DNA from: Chrysomallon squamiferum
Taxonomy: Eukaryota; Animalia; Mollusca
Reading direction: 5' to 3'
DNA length: 64,000 nucleotides
NCBI GenBank assembly: GCA_012295275.1
Contig: CM022665.1
Span: 6,944,001-7,008,000, forward strand
The notes under the pieces were generated by a model. It saw nothing but the letters and a program-made list of their open reading frames with translations. It made no database searches and was not told the origin of the DNA. A program made the position numbers and the translations under genes. This document shows, in pieces, positions 40,520 to 55,124 of this stretch (its first letter is position 1; the number at the start of each line of letters is the position of its first letter).

Positions 40520-41268
40520 TAAGACTCAGAGAAACCTGCTACCTGTGTATAATATATATCTTGACCTGAAGTAATTGGTTTGGTGTACGGCACTGGTTTT
40601 GTATTCAGTCTGAAGACAGACTGAGCTTTGTGGGAAGATAATACTAAGATGTCCACCTTTCTGACATATTAACATTGATTGCTGAACTTGTGTGTTTGAA
40701 CTGCTCGCAGTCATTCTGTCAGTATTGTGTTGCCCAGTTTATTGCCTGATTACATTTCACTGTCTGAGAAAGCCAACAGAGACATACAAAAACCGGTCCT
40801 CCTGAGTCAATTTGTCATCCACAATAGTGTACAAAGTATAAGGTACTACTGTGAGGTCACCCATGCTTGCCTGCTACTGAAGGTGCCAATTGTGATACGT
40901 TATCACCATAGTTGCACAAAACAGCGGGTGATTGGTCTTCTTGAGAGAAGTGGGCGGAGCTGGGATTCATAGGCCACATCTATTGATCCAATTGATATGT
41001 TGCGTGGCTGTTGGTTCATGGTTCAAAACCTTGTTGTCCTTAATACAGCATGCGATTTACATGGGACTCTGTCATTTTTCTTTTTCATAGGCGAACTTGG
41101 TGCAATATTGAAATATTTCTCACTTATGGATAAAATCAACGATAATGTCATAGTCGAACTGTCCTGCGCGAACGCATTTATTCCAAACATACAGAAGACA
41201 TAGCACCGATGCTGTAAAAGAGTTGTTACATTTTAGTTGTGAGGACAGTGTATTTTGTTGTTCTATTG
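40520..41268 (+). promoter_or_regulatory. Putative AHR promoter / 5' UTR
   Basis: A relatively GC/CpG-rich island directly upstream of AHR coding exon 1. It contains AP-1 TGAGTCA (40803), TGAGGTCA (~40852), CCAAT/ATTGG boxes, a GC box GGGCGGAG (~40952) and an XRE TTGCGTG (41000). Confidence 0.55.
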
Positions 41269-43809
41269 ATGGTGGAGGACTGGGTTATAAAAACAATGTA
41301 CGCAACAAAACGACGTCGGCGAACTGTTAAAAGGTAAGAAATTTGCGATACATTTTATTATTGTTTTGTATCGTGAAAGAATGTTTCTGTGTTGAAAATA
41401 AAATGAAAAAAAAAAAAAATGAACACCATTATTTTAAATACATACACACCAAGGGATAAATTGGTTGCTGGTGAACGAAATATGATTTTAAATTTATTTC
41501 TAAAATAAACCATTTAAATTTAAATACTTTAACAAAATATTATCAAACTTATATATATATATATATATACATATATACATATATACATATATACATACAT
41601 ACATATTAGATTCTAATATTAATATCATTTTATGTTTTATTTAATAATAATAATAATAATTTTGATATCATCATATATATATTTAGAGAAATTTTGTTGT
41701 AAAAAAAATCAAAAAAATCCTGTTTCATATAATACTAATAATAATAATAACAACAATGATGATGATTATGATAATAACAACATTTATTATTATTATTATT
41801 ATTATAATAAAAAATTTAAAACAAAATTTACTTATTAATTAAATAATTTTATTTCTGCTGTTATTTAATAGGAATTGTTAGTTAGAAATGTACAGTAAAA
41901 ATATTAATTATATTTTTGTTTCAAATAACATTTTATTTTATCTATTAATCATAATTCATTTATGATCAGAAATTAAAAGTGAATAAATATAATATATTCA
42001 GCTGAGACCATCTATTACAAACATTAAAAACTGTAAATACCACTGTACTTACTTACATAAATATATGTTTAAATTATTAAATAATATACAGATATGTAAA
42101 ATTGCAAATGAAAGGTATTCTGATAATTGATCTAATTCTCATTAAAAACAATTAAAACATAAAAACTGTTCATATCAAATATTTTACATATGAGAGATAA
42201 GTTTAAATTGTTAAATAATATACAAATATACAAAATTATATGGAATTTTACTGAGAAGTATTACTTTTATTCTTTATTTGTTTTCATAATACAGTTAAAA
42301 CAGAAAAAAAACGTTTATATCAAACAATGTATTAATTAATCAAAGATATATTTAAATTATTACATGTTAGATAGATATGTACAATTTAATAATTTAACTA
42401 ATTCTTTAAAAATAAAATAAAATAAAATTTTTACTGTTAATATTTCTTGAATACTACACCACTGTATTCATTTGAGGTTATATAATTATAAAACATACAA
42501 GTTTAATAAGTGTTAAATATTTTAAAAATGTATTACTCTGCATGAGAAACTTTATTTTTATAACAGTTGGAAAATCCCAAGTATTAAAATAATTTAAGCA
42601 TTTAATAACAAGCATTTGGTTGTAGGAAAACAAAGGAATGCTCTTTTCATGCAAATTCTCAAAGAGTGTAAAGACAGTTGCATGCGTGTTACATATTAGA
42701 TTAAAATAGCATGCCAACATGCAATATTTCTTATTTCTTCTTCTGCATTTGCATACATTGTTCTTTGATGACATCACAGATTGTAGACACTTAAAATAAA
42801 ACAATTATTATACAGACGTGCATATATATATAAGGAATGGATCTAAGATTTAAGAAAAAACGGTGTCATCTTTTCACTTTTTTTTTTTTGGGTTAAAAAC
42901 AAAAGAAAGAAAAAAAAAAAAAGAAGAAAAAAGATATTTGCAGAAAAAGGGAATGTCCACTGAACAATCTGAATTAGACCTTGATGTATTTTAAATGTAA
43001 ATACAACTGTTTTAATAATTATTATTCATACATGGTTTTAAAAATTAATTTCTTTGTGCAGATCTCCATGAAATATCAATTTATTCATTTTTATACCTAC
43101 CTAGTTAAAAAGTCAGACTTTTCAGTTGTTAATAAATTTATCTTTCACTTTTCACTTTTAACAAAAAATAAACTAATTAAACATAATTATAAATTATTTA
43201 ACTTCATAAACTTAACAACCACAAAGTCTTTAAAAAATGTAGTATTTTTTTCATCAGTTAAAACTGTATTTTTAAGCTTTGGAATAGTATTATAAAAATA
43301 AAATTTATTTACCTAAAAAGCTTATTTCCCTAATCATTTGGTCAGCGCTACTTCTACAGTGAATATTTTTAGTGTAACTGTATTAAAAAATCAATGTATC
43401 CAATGTTGTTAATATTTGTTTTTAACTTGTGTTTTATTTGTGAGTTCTACAGTTGCATGAATAATGAATATAAAACATGCTCTGGCAATTTGGCTTTTAT
43501 CTTTTATAATAATATTGCTGAAAACATTTTGAAAAACGGAAACAGTTCCTACATTTGATAACTAAAAGCAGTTAAAATGTTTTGATTTGTCACTGAAACA
43601 ATTATAATCCTTTAAACATTTAACAATTTGATAATTTAATTTTTCAGTTTTTCAGTTAGGAGAAACCGAAAGACCAACTACTTTATTACAATCATCAGTT
43701 ATTAAATTATTTTATTGTAAAATTTCTTCTTCTCCATAATAATAATAATAATAATAATGATGATGATGATGATGATGATAACAACATAAACAATACCAAT
43801 AATAGCAAA

Positions 43810-43850
<41 letters not shown>

Positions 43851-44784
43851 TAGCAACAAATAATAACAATAAATAATAATAATAATTTTTCAGTTATTAT
43901 TATTATTATTACAGTAGTTTATTATTATTAATTAAAAGAAAGCAGTTCAATTAATATTACTCCCTTGAGACCTTCTATACAATTCTAGATTTTAGCATAA
44001 AAATATACTTTTAGAATTCAATATATATTTACATCATTATATGCATGCACACAAAATACACACTTCAAACAGATACACATATATTTAGGAAACTTTTTCA
44101 TGCTTTACTGAATGTTTTTTTTAAAAATACATTTAATGCCGATATTGGTTCATTCTTAATAATCAATATATTGTCAAAACTTAAGATGATCTTTTCACAT
44201 GAATTCACATTCAGATAGAAAAAGACAATTACACATACTAATATATATATATATATATATATATTAGTATGTATTTAGTACATATATTCAGTACATATCA
44301 GAAGCTTTAGTTAGGAAAGTCAGTCAGTTATGTGATGATTTCTTAATATGATATCAAACTGACAGTAAGTTGCAATATTTTTAATGAAATAATAATTTCT
44401 ATCATTAATAAATGATTACTTTATCATTAAACTGTCTATGCCATCATTGATATAATAATAATCTTCCAGTAGCAAAAAGATTAAATATTATTTTAGAATT
44501 AAAGACAACTGGTAAAAATAATTTGGTTATTTCAGTCAAAATAATTATCGTGATGGTCTCAGTATTTTAAAAGATATCAGTAAAAATGATCTTTTCTTTT
44601 GAGGAATAATAATTATTATTATTAAGTCTTCATATTTTGAAAATGAAATCACAGATATTTGTTATTATTCCTTTACAATTTTCATAATTTTTAAATGTTA
44701 TCTGACATTAATGATAAGCAAGTATAAGCTTTTTCAGCCTACATCAAGTGACTATTTTAACTTTCCTTTTTAATAATAATAATA

Positions 44785-44846
<62 letters not shown>

Positions 44847-46035
44847 AATAATAATAATAATAATAATCAGTATAAATATAAAAAAGAAAAAAGAAAATAT
44901 TAATAATTGAATATATATATCAATCAAAAACTAAATTTTTCTAAAACATATTTGTACGCACATGCATTTCACTGTAAATAAAAGTTTTGGAGATTTTTTT
45001 TTTTTTTTTTTTTTTTTTAATATTATATTACTTTAACCTGCAGTTGTTGTTTTTTTGTTAATATTTTTTTATAAATTATTATATTGTAATTTTAAATTTT
45101 ATATGAAGAATTAAATTACCGTGACTGAAGTTTTAAAAAATTTGAGTGGGTGGAGCAGCTGCATGTTAGTAATTTTTGCATTCTTCCTTGAATAGATGTA
45201 TAATAAATATGATACCCCTGATCACATGATCTAACTATTTGCTTTTTATTAACTTTTTTTTTTTTCACTTATTTATGATAATTATTTTTCGCTGTCCCAC
45301 CACTAATTATCACTGACAGTATGAATAAAATAAATTGTTTCTAGTTTTACAAATAAAGGTCTAAAATTTTTTTTTTTTTTTTTTTTTGTTGGATTTAATA
45401 GTTTAAATTTGTTAATCCCAAGAGTGTCTGAGTGACTCAGCAAGATTTCTAATTAACATCACATTACTAATCTGTCACACTTCATGTATTTAACAACCAA
45501 TCCTCGGTTTATAAAACAATCTTTTATTTCAGATTTATACTTCTATTACTCGAATTCTTTTTCTTTCTTTCTTTCTTTATTTATTTCTTTATTTCTCAGC
45601 ATTTCTTCGTATTAATTCAAAAAGTTACAATAAAGCCTACAACTCTGAAAAACTCATGCTAGTTTATCATTCATCCATGTGATCTATTTTTGCTGGAAAA
45701 GGGTATCAGTATCTTTTTGTCACTCAATCGGATTAGAAATTTATCCTATTGTCAAAGGATATGCATCAACTCTGTGTCTTGTAACCATGAACAAAGATTG
45801 ATTTTATGTGGCTGGAGTTACAGCTGTTTCTCAACTAATTGTATTGAAAACGTTTCTTAATCTGATTTATTCATCGATGCCCGACGGATTAAAATGTATA
45901 TTAAGATGGTGTTTTATACCAAAACGTCTTGTTTTTGTTTTATAATGAATTATTTTTATATTAGCATTTCTGAATTAAATATCTGATTTATATCCTTTAG
46001 GGTTTTTATCTTGGTTGTTTTTTTTAGTTTGTTTG

Positions 46036-46067
<32 letters not shown>

Positions 46068-49000
46068 TTATTACTTTTCTTACTATTGTTGTTATTATTA
46101 TTATTATTATTATTTTAACTGACTTTATATTTTAAGAAATTTAGATGTCCATTTTATTTGTTAACTTAGTTGTTTCATATTTATTTTTTTCATAATAGAA
46201 ACAAACAACAACAAATAAAAATTATATATTTTATTCAAATTCATGTAAGAAATAGAAAAATCAAGACATGATAAAATATTTTTTTAAAGCTAAAAAAATA
46301 TACTGGAATGATATATATTTAAAAAAAAAAAAAATAAAATAAAATAAAAGTCAAAGATAAAGAAAGAAAACACAAACAAAGCAAGACAACAACAGCAACA
46401 AAATGAATATAATAATGAGGATAACAAAATATAGAACTTGAGGATAATAAAATATATATATATATGTATTTGTAACAAAGTATATTTATTAAAATATCTT
46501 TGCTAGTATCTGAGGTATTGCTGTTTACATAAAGATGGTCAAAATAAACTATAACATATTAAAATTTCATTATATATATACATATATATATATATATGTA
46601 TGTTTGCATTTGCGAGTGATCACATATAGAGGTATGTACATATGTTCATACATATACGTGTGTGTTCGAATTTACGTATGTATGAACATTACCTGTGTAT
46701 CTCTGTTTGTTTGTTCTGATGGGTATCACAAGAGAAAGTAGATATGACAGCTGACTGCATGGCTTCCCGTCTCTAATGAATGGTTTTGTACTTGCCCCAT
46801 TAAAAAGTTGATCAGCCTGAAACTGACCTGTCAAGCACAACCATTGTCATAACACGTAAATTTCAGGTTTGACGTTTTTCCTCCTCCCATAAAATATAGG
46901 GGTACACAAAGCTGAAATTTTTAACTCTGACACTGGTTCTTTGTTTCCGGGGATAGTGTTGATTTCAGCTTCATTCTTTGGCCAGTTAGCCAGGTCATTT
47001 GGGTGTGCTAGATGCTCAGTAAAAGAAATTGCCCATATCATCAAATGAAAAATGGAAAAAAAAAAAAAGAAAAGAAAAAAAAAAAAAAGAGGTGTGCCAG
47101 ATGGAGTTTACTTGTATATTTATGAGAAAGTTTGTGATGATGATGAATATTATTATTTATTTATTTATTTATTTTTAAAATTATTATTAAATGAGAGTAA
47201 TAATAGTAGGTTTATTTGTATTTTATTTCATTTTATTTCTTCTTGTTTTTAAAGATTTTGTTGCCATTTTTGTTTTGGGGTAAATTTTAATATCTTTTAC
47301 ACGGTAAATTTGTGAACTGGTGGAACAAAACAAGCTATTTCTAAAACACATAAATAATGTAAACAATTACTTTAATATATTTCTCTTAATAAATTAAATT
47401 ACATCTAAATTTGTTTCTCATCTTTTTGACTTAATATAAAAATACATTTCTCTGTATGAAAATATTAAAACTTAACTTGGTCAATAAAAAAAAAAAAAAA
47501 GCAAGATTATTTAAATTAATCTCCATCGTTGAAGAAAAACTCTAAATTGAAGAAGATAACAATAATGATGCTAAAATTGCTTCCATGTTGTTTTGGTGTC
47601 GCCATGTTTTGACCGATTCTACAAAGATTTTCATTAAACTAATGACACGCTAGATACCCCTTGATCTCTGCATTCGAATTCCTCAACTCTGTATTTTTAT
47701 TCATTTCCGTCAATGTTAGCATGGTGTCTGATTTTACTACCAGAGGGCACATCTGAACAGAGGTGATTCTTCAAGGCATTAATTCCACCTCCAGAAAAAA
47801 AATGACTGTCAGTAATTTAATGATTCTGTTAAAACTCATTACATTCATCAGTCCCAGTTGAATGAATGTGTGCCCGCATTGCTTCAACAAGGCCATATCA
47901 CATAGCTATCATCCCCAGCTGCTTACAACACAATAGAGAACGGACAAAGCAGATTTGTCTGCAATATGTGAATGTCTTGTCTCTATTATGTCATGTAATA
48001 ACTTGAAGAGAAAAATCGGGAATAGTCTTTCCTTTTGTCTACGTTGTCACTTCACAGTTCCATTTTTTGGAGAAAATCTGAAATAATATTTCACTCAAAA
48101 TGCAAACATCTCTCGAATGCTGTTGTGTTGTGTAATAACTTGAGGAGAAATTATAAATGCAGAATTATGCAAATTTTTATATCATCACTTTTTAATTGTT
48201 TTTGATGAAAATTTAGGGTTAATCTTTGTTGTAAATGTAAATGTCTTGTACACTGTTATAATTATCTTGTAATAGCATAAAGAAAAGAAAATATGGAATA
48301 CTCTTCATGTTAGACAATTAAATGTCTATCATCTCTATGTAATTCTTATAGAGAAAATTTTAATCAGTCTTTATTTTATGTAGAAAAATATGATTTTTTT
48401 TTTATCTTTGTCTCTATGAAAGTTTGTTTTAAAATTCTGTAGAGAATATATGTTGCAAGAGCTTTTTCATGTACTTTGAAATTTGTGTAGAATTTTAAAC
48501 AAAAATAAATCTATTAGATTTCTGGTGAAATTACATTGTGATTTAGTCAAGTGTATAAATTTCCACTGACCGAATTTTGTTTTATTAATTTCTAATGTTT
48601 TGTTTTTTTAATTTTGATTTAAGCCTAATTTTTATAAAATGTTTAGTATTTCTTTTAAAATTGCTTTTTTTTCAATTTTAAATTCTTCATTTTTTTTCCC
48701 CCATAAAACATTGTCTGCAAGCTGTTTTTCCATTATTTTAAGCTCTAGAATGAATATTTATAAATGTTTCCAAAGTTGTACACATGTCAGTTCACATCAT
48801 CACTTTCATTTATATCATCTTAAATTCATCCATACATCCATGTACTTTTCCATCTAGTCAATCATTCAGGAGATCTGAGCATTCACTTCTCTTGAAAACA
48901 TCATCTGCTTTTATATGTTCACTGAAGTAGGTTTTACATTTTTTTGCTTAATTCTTAGTTCAAATTGATAAATAATCCAAGTGCTTGGTACTGAGGAACT

Positions 49001-51031
49001 TTAAATGAAAAAAACCTTCCATTACAAATGCAAGGTTTGTGTTTATGTTTCAGTGACTGTATCATTCAAACAATCACCACATCAAAGAAAACAGTAATTG
49101 TTGATTAACCGAAACATAATCACTGATATCTGCATCAAGCATGGATGATCTGATCACTGGTGTGTGATGACAATGTGGACTGTTTGTTTTGTGTGATTGT
49201 TAAATGTGGACTGTTTGTTTTGTGTGACAGTTAAAACATGGTGTTTGTTTTGTGTGATTGTTAAATGTGGACTGTTTGTTTTGTGTGACAGTTAAAACAT
49301 GGTGTTTGTGTTGTGTGTTTGTTAAATGTGGTGTTTGTTTTGTGTGACAGTTAAAACATGGTGTTTGTGTTGTGTGTTTGTTAAATGTGGTGTTTGTTTT
49401 GTGTGACAGTTAAAACATGGTGTTTGTGTTGTGTGTTTGTTAAATGTGGTGTTTGTTTTGTGTGACAGTTAAAACATTGTTTGTGTTGTGTGTTTGTTAA
49501 ATGTGGTGTTTGTTTTGTGTGACAGTTAAAACTGTGTTTTGTGTGACAGTTACATGTGGTGTTTGTGTTGTGTGACAATTAAAACATTGTGTTTGTGTTG
49601 TGTGATGGTTGAACATGGTGTTTTTATTGTTGATGACTCTTTGCTCATATAAAACAGGATTAAGCTTATTTGTCTCTTCAAATCCTTATTCACTTCCTTC
49701 ATTGGTAAAGTTAATTAACCCTCCAAAGTAATAAAATGATGGTCTCCACAGCAAGCATGAAGTCCTGTTACTTTACATCTATATTATTAGAAAATGATTT
49801 TACATTATGAAATGTGTTATAGAAATAAATAATCCTGATTGAAAAAAAAAATAATGATGGTGATTACAATATTTTTATTATTATTTTGTATAAAATATAC
49901 TTGTTATTAAAAATATTTTATAAATTACAGATTTTCCTTTTTTCATTTTATTTACTGACAAGTGGCCTATTAACAAATAACATTATGCCTGTGACTTGTT
50001 TATGATTCTAAATAAAACTATTTATTAATTTTGTTATATATTTCTCTTTATTATAATTCCACATAACTAAAACAGACCAGTCACTGAATAAAAATTCTAA
50101 AATTCTTGCTGTTGTAAAGCAAAACTCATACATTATTTAAATCTATAATATTATAAATATTGTTTGTAGTTATTCTGTGTAGGATTACATATATAAACTG
50201 TAATCAATTTTGATGTTTAAACATGAAACAGTTATATTATATATATTTCTATACAATATAAAAATATATAATTGAATGCCAAATATTTCCATTCGGGAGG
50301 AAATGGGTAAAATGTATTAGTGTTATTGAATTGGTGGGTATAATTTGATAATTAATGTTTGAAATTTCATCTTATGTGAAAGTAGTGATTTTCTTTGTAA
50401 GAGATGAAGAATATTCAGTGGAACAGTATAATATTTGTTAAAAGCTTTTTTTTGATAAAGACTAATTCTAGGTATTTTTATTTTCATCTTCATCAAGATT
50501 TCATTTTTACTCATTTTACATTGTTTTTAAACATTTTTATTTTCTAAAATGTTTCTTTTTTTACAAAATAATCTGATTCTCTGAACTCTTATTAATCATT
50601 TTTTCATTTACTAGATATAATCCCATATGATTTTAATACTATTAAAACAAAATAAAATTTCACATTATACTGCAATATAAAGATGAAAGTTATGTTAATC
50701 ATTTGTTTGGTTCTATGAATTAGGTACTGAATTAGTCTGGTAATGATTAGTGATTTTAAAAAGCATTACATAAAAATCTGCTGTTGTATTTAATCATTAT
50801 TATCATTATAAGTTTCTTAATTTCCTACAAGGGTGGTTGAAAAAAAAAAAAAAAAATATAATAGAAATTAAAATTTTAAATTTTAATCAGCAGTAAAGAA
50901 TCCTAATTAATTGTAGCTGCTTTTATTTTAATTATTTATTTTATTGTTATTATTATTAGAAGTGTTTATTACTATTATTTATTACTATTATTTATTATTA
51001 TTATTTTTTATTATTATTTATTATTTTTGAA

Positions 51032-51070
<39 letters not shown>

Positions 51071-54000
51071 TATTACTATTATTAACTATTATTATTACTA
51101 CTGTTGTTGTTTTTGTTGTTATTTTCTTCACAAACAAATCAGAGATACCAGGTATTAAAAAACATTTCTTGTTTCTGTTTGAAACATCTAATACAACAAT
51201 TTGTATTGTGCATTTTGATCTTCAGTTTTAATTATTTTTTCAAATTGAATTTTTAAAAATTTATAAAATTCAATAATATTAAACTGGTTACTTTTTGTTA
51301 ATGCATTTGTGTTTTAATGGGGTTTTTTACAGTATATAATAAAAAAAAACTGTCATTGTTTTAAAAGTTGATTCTTACACTGAGATTGCTTTCCTATAAT
51401 GCAGACACAGATAACACAACATTTCTCTTTTAAACCAATCCAAATAAACAAAAATATTACACATATTAAATAACACACTGGTAGATAGATACCAAACTTA
51501 TAAAAACAGCTTTTTACACAATATTATTAAATATAACTTATTTTAGAGAATACACACACATTTTAATATTCCATACACAAATGAATACTTTCTAAAAGTC
51601 CTCATGCATAACATGTTTCATATTTTGCTTTAAGGAGTCCATCTAAACTCCCCAACCAATAACTATGCTTACCTGAAAAGAAGCCAAATTAAATATGTAT
51701 ACTATATAAAAGATAATCTGATTTTTCCAAATGAAAAGACAGCTGTCAGTTGAGAAATGCATGCTGAGTCGAGACATTTTTAATTGGGAATTAACAGTTG
51801 AACAGCTTAATTTACCACGGAGAATGGAATTGTCCTCCAAACCAGCAAGTGTTCCCATGGGTTCTTGGACCATTAACTTCCTATTAGGAGTTTAAGGAAG
51901 TTAAGGGAGCATGTCATTTTACATAATTTGGTTGTCTGTTGTCCTAATGTATTCCTTTTTCACAACTGGTTAAGCAGACAGAGACAGATGGGACTAGAGC
52001 ATTGAGGCTTGAAAGTCGCCTCCCTTTGAGTCACAAAGTGAAAGAATCATAAATCAGGATCACAATTGGCTTTGTTAAATATACTGATCTCTGACTTGCC
52101 TAATTATAGCATTTGAAAAATGTAGACAATATATTCAAATTTTTTTTTTTTTTTTTGCCAGTTGCTTCCATTTTCAAGATCATAGAAATTTCCAAAATTC
52201 TTTTGTTACCAGAGCATTTGCAAAGACTAAATCAATAAGAATTAATAATTTTATAGTCTACATCAAGAACATTTTATACATTATTATTTCATTCATTATT
52301 ACTGTGACAGTGATTATAATTCACCTTACTGTTCATCCCTATACAATCAATACATTTTAGTAATTAATATACATAGTTTATACTGTAGGATACCAACAAA
52401 ATCTTTTATTATTTATACTTTTTGCTTTTACTATGTCCAAATCACAAAAAGAAATTTGATAAATGAAATCTTTTGAAAATCGTTGAAAGAAGAAATCTGA
52501 AGGGACAACGACAACATTGAACAGTTCACTATTCAGGGAATTTCTTGTCAAAGTAAAAAAATAAAAAATAAAAAAAATTTAAAAATTAAACCTAAGCCAA
52601 GAACTTGGGACATTGTAGAAAACAATGTGTAAAAAAAACCATAATTTTAAAATCTGATTTGTCTGATCTTCCGATATCTTTTTAAAGTCAAGTTCAAATA
52701 CTTGAGATTGTAGTTCTATTCTTTACTTGTGTTTTGTTCAACTCTGTGGTGAACTTTTAAACAATATTTAAATTTTTGGAGATACGCATGATACACATTT
52801 TGTTCATAGCCTAGATTTTATTTCTACACAACTGTATGTCAGAGGTTAGTGTATGCTTTTTTAATGTTGTTGTTTTTTTGTCAAAAGCAAGCCATCTTGA
52901 AAAACTGAATAATTTTTAATATCCTGTTTTCTTTCTATGTATTAATTATATAATTTTTTTTTTTTTTAATGATTTTTGAACAGATGAAATATGAATATTT
53001 TTATGGACTTTAATTACTCAATTTTTTAATATATGTTGTTGTTGTTGTGTTTTTTTGGGAGGGGGGTTTATTTCATTTTGCTGAAGTTTATTATTGGTTA
53101 AATCTAAATAACTGAAGCTGTGTTGCTTTGGAATGAAATATTATTTCACTTGACATTTACTGAAGTTATATCAGTTGTATAATCAGATCAGTGTGTGTCA
53201 TTGTGAATATTTGAGATAATTTCTCCTGGTACTAAAAAACAGCCAACCATTCAATATGCAGGTGTTAATCCTTTCAGAACATATGTGTTTGACACCGTAT
53301 ACCAGTTAAGTAATAAAAAACCCATGACAAATATTCAGATTTCATCTATTTAAAGATGATGTAATGAAGAGTCATTATCTAGAGCTTTACAGTAACTTAA
53401 TTCAGACATAATAAAACTTAAATTATCTCAGAAGTAATTTAAATTTGATAATATAAAATCCACATACCTGTGTAAGTTAATACAAAAAAACGTGTTGGTA
53501 AACAGATTCATCACATAATAATTCCCCGTTTTTTTTTTCTTTCATTTAAATACCTCATTTTACATCTATTTCTATGTTAAATAATTCTGGTAACTTTAAG
53601 CGGTCAGTTTATAAAATGAAATTAATATTAATTCATCTCTGTTTTTAATCCCGATTCCAAATTTTATTGACTTTCTAAAAAAAAGATTTCTCTTTCCATT
53701 TCTACATTTGTTTAAAATGCAAACATTCAAATTTTATGAATATTTTCTTAATTTACATTTTTTACTCATTCAGTGTGAAAACTCCAGTGAAGGACCCACC
53801 CAAAAGTAATCCCAGCAAACGTCATCGTGAGCGACTCAACTCAGAACTTGATCATCTTGCCAGCATGTTGCCATTTGAGCAGAGTGTCATCTCAAAACTT
53901 GACAAACTCTCCATACTCAGACTGGCAGTCAGCTACCTCAGAACCAAAACCTATTTCCAAGGTAACAAGTCTTTTATTTTCAATCACTCTGTACAAAAAC

Positions 54001-55074
54001 CTACATCCAAGATAATTGTTTTTTATTTTCAGTAACTTAGAACCAAATGAATTACTAAAATACACACTGAAATTGTGTTTTATTTTTGCTTGTTTTAACA
54101 TTTGCAGTAGTTTAATAATAAAAAAAAGTGTAATATTATATTTAAATAATAATAATAATCATAAAGTGAGAGATAAAAATTATAGTAAACAAGATGTAAA
54201 TATAACAAAGCAATTGGCAAAATCGGAAAGTTGAAATAAATTGTAAAAAGCACTTTTGCTTGAGTTATGTTTCACAGACAGTATTTAGTTAATTCTTATT
54301 GAACAGTCGGAGCCAGATATTTCCTGTTGAAAAGTTAAAAAATTAATAACTCACTGTTAATGATTACTGTCAGTGAGTGTGTGTTTCATACTGAACAGTC
54401 TGCAAGATTCCTGCCGAAGTCTGCGTCCATTATCTTGATCAGAGTAAAGTGAAACTATGTAATTACCACATTTCACACTAGAATACTGATCATAGTCATA
54501 ACAAACCTCGTGTTACCATTAAACACAATGAGTTATCTCTCTTGTCATTTCACTATGTGATTATTACTTAATAAGCTCCATCCACATGATCGGCAGCACA
54601 CGTTTCACATCATATTTACTATTTTTGAGTGGCTTTAACCAATTACATGCTAAAATCTTGGCATGCTGTTTTCACAATTAAATGTCATCTGAAAAGAAAA
54701 TGACATTTCACAGTTGAATATTAAATGGCTGTAATGATAATGATAGCTTGAAGGAGACTGAAGTCTTTTTTTCTCTCTCTAAAAATAAAACTCAAGTGGT
54801 GATTTTCACCTGATAAGCACGGTTTTCACTGGTTTTGTTTGTCCATGTGGTCAGTTAATTTAAATTTAGTGCAGCTCCTGTCATTTAGGACACTGACTGT
54901 GAACATCACAGTTTATTAATTGTAAATGGCTGCTCCAGAAAATAAAAATGGTTCCAGTTCATTAATGGGTGTTTTAAATGTTAAAACTTGTTCACCCCAA
55001 GCTTCCCAAATATTTAAATATTAAAAAGTATTAGCAATGATGATGATTTATTTAAAATAACAGTTTTAAAAATG

Positions 55075-55124
<50 letters not shown>

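Noticed and set aside
49159-49622. Regularly spaced ~29-bp repeats as a CRISPR array
   Set aside because: There are no unique spacers and no cas genes, and the context is a eukaryotic intron. It is a minisatellite.
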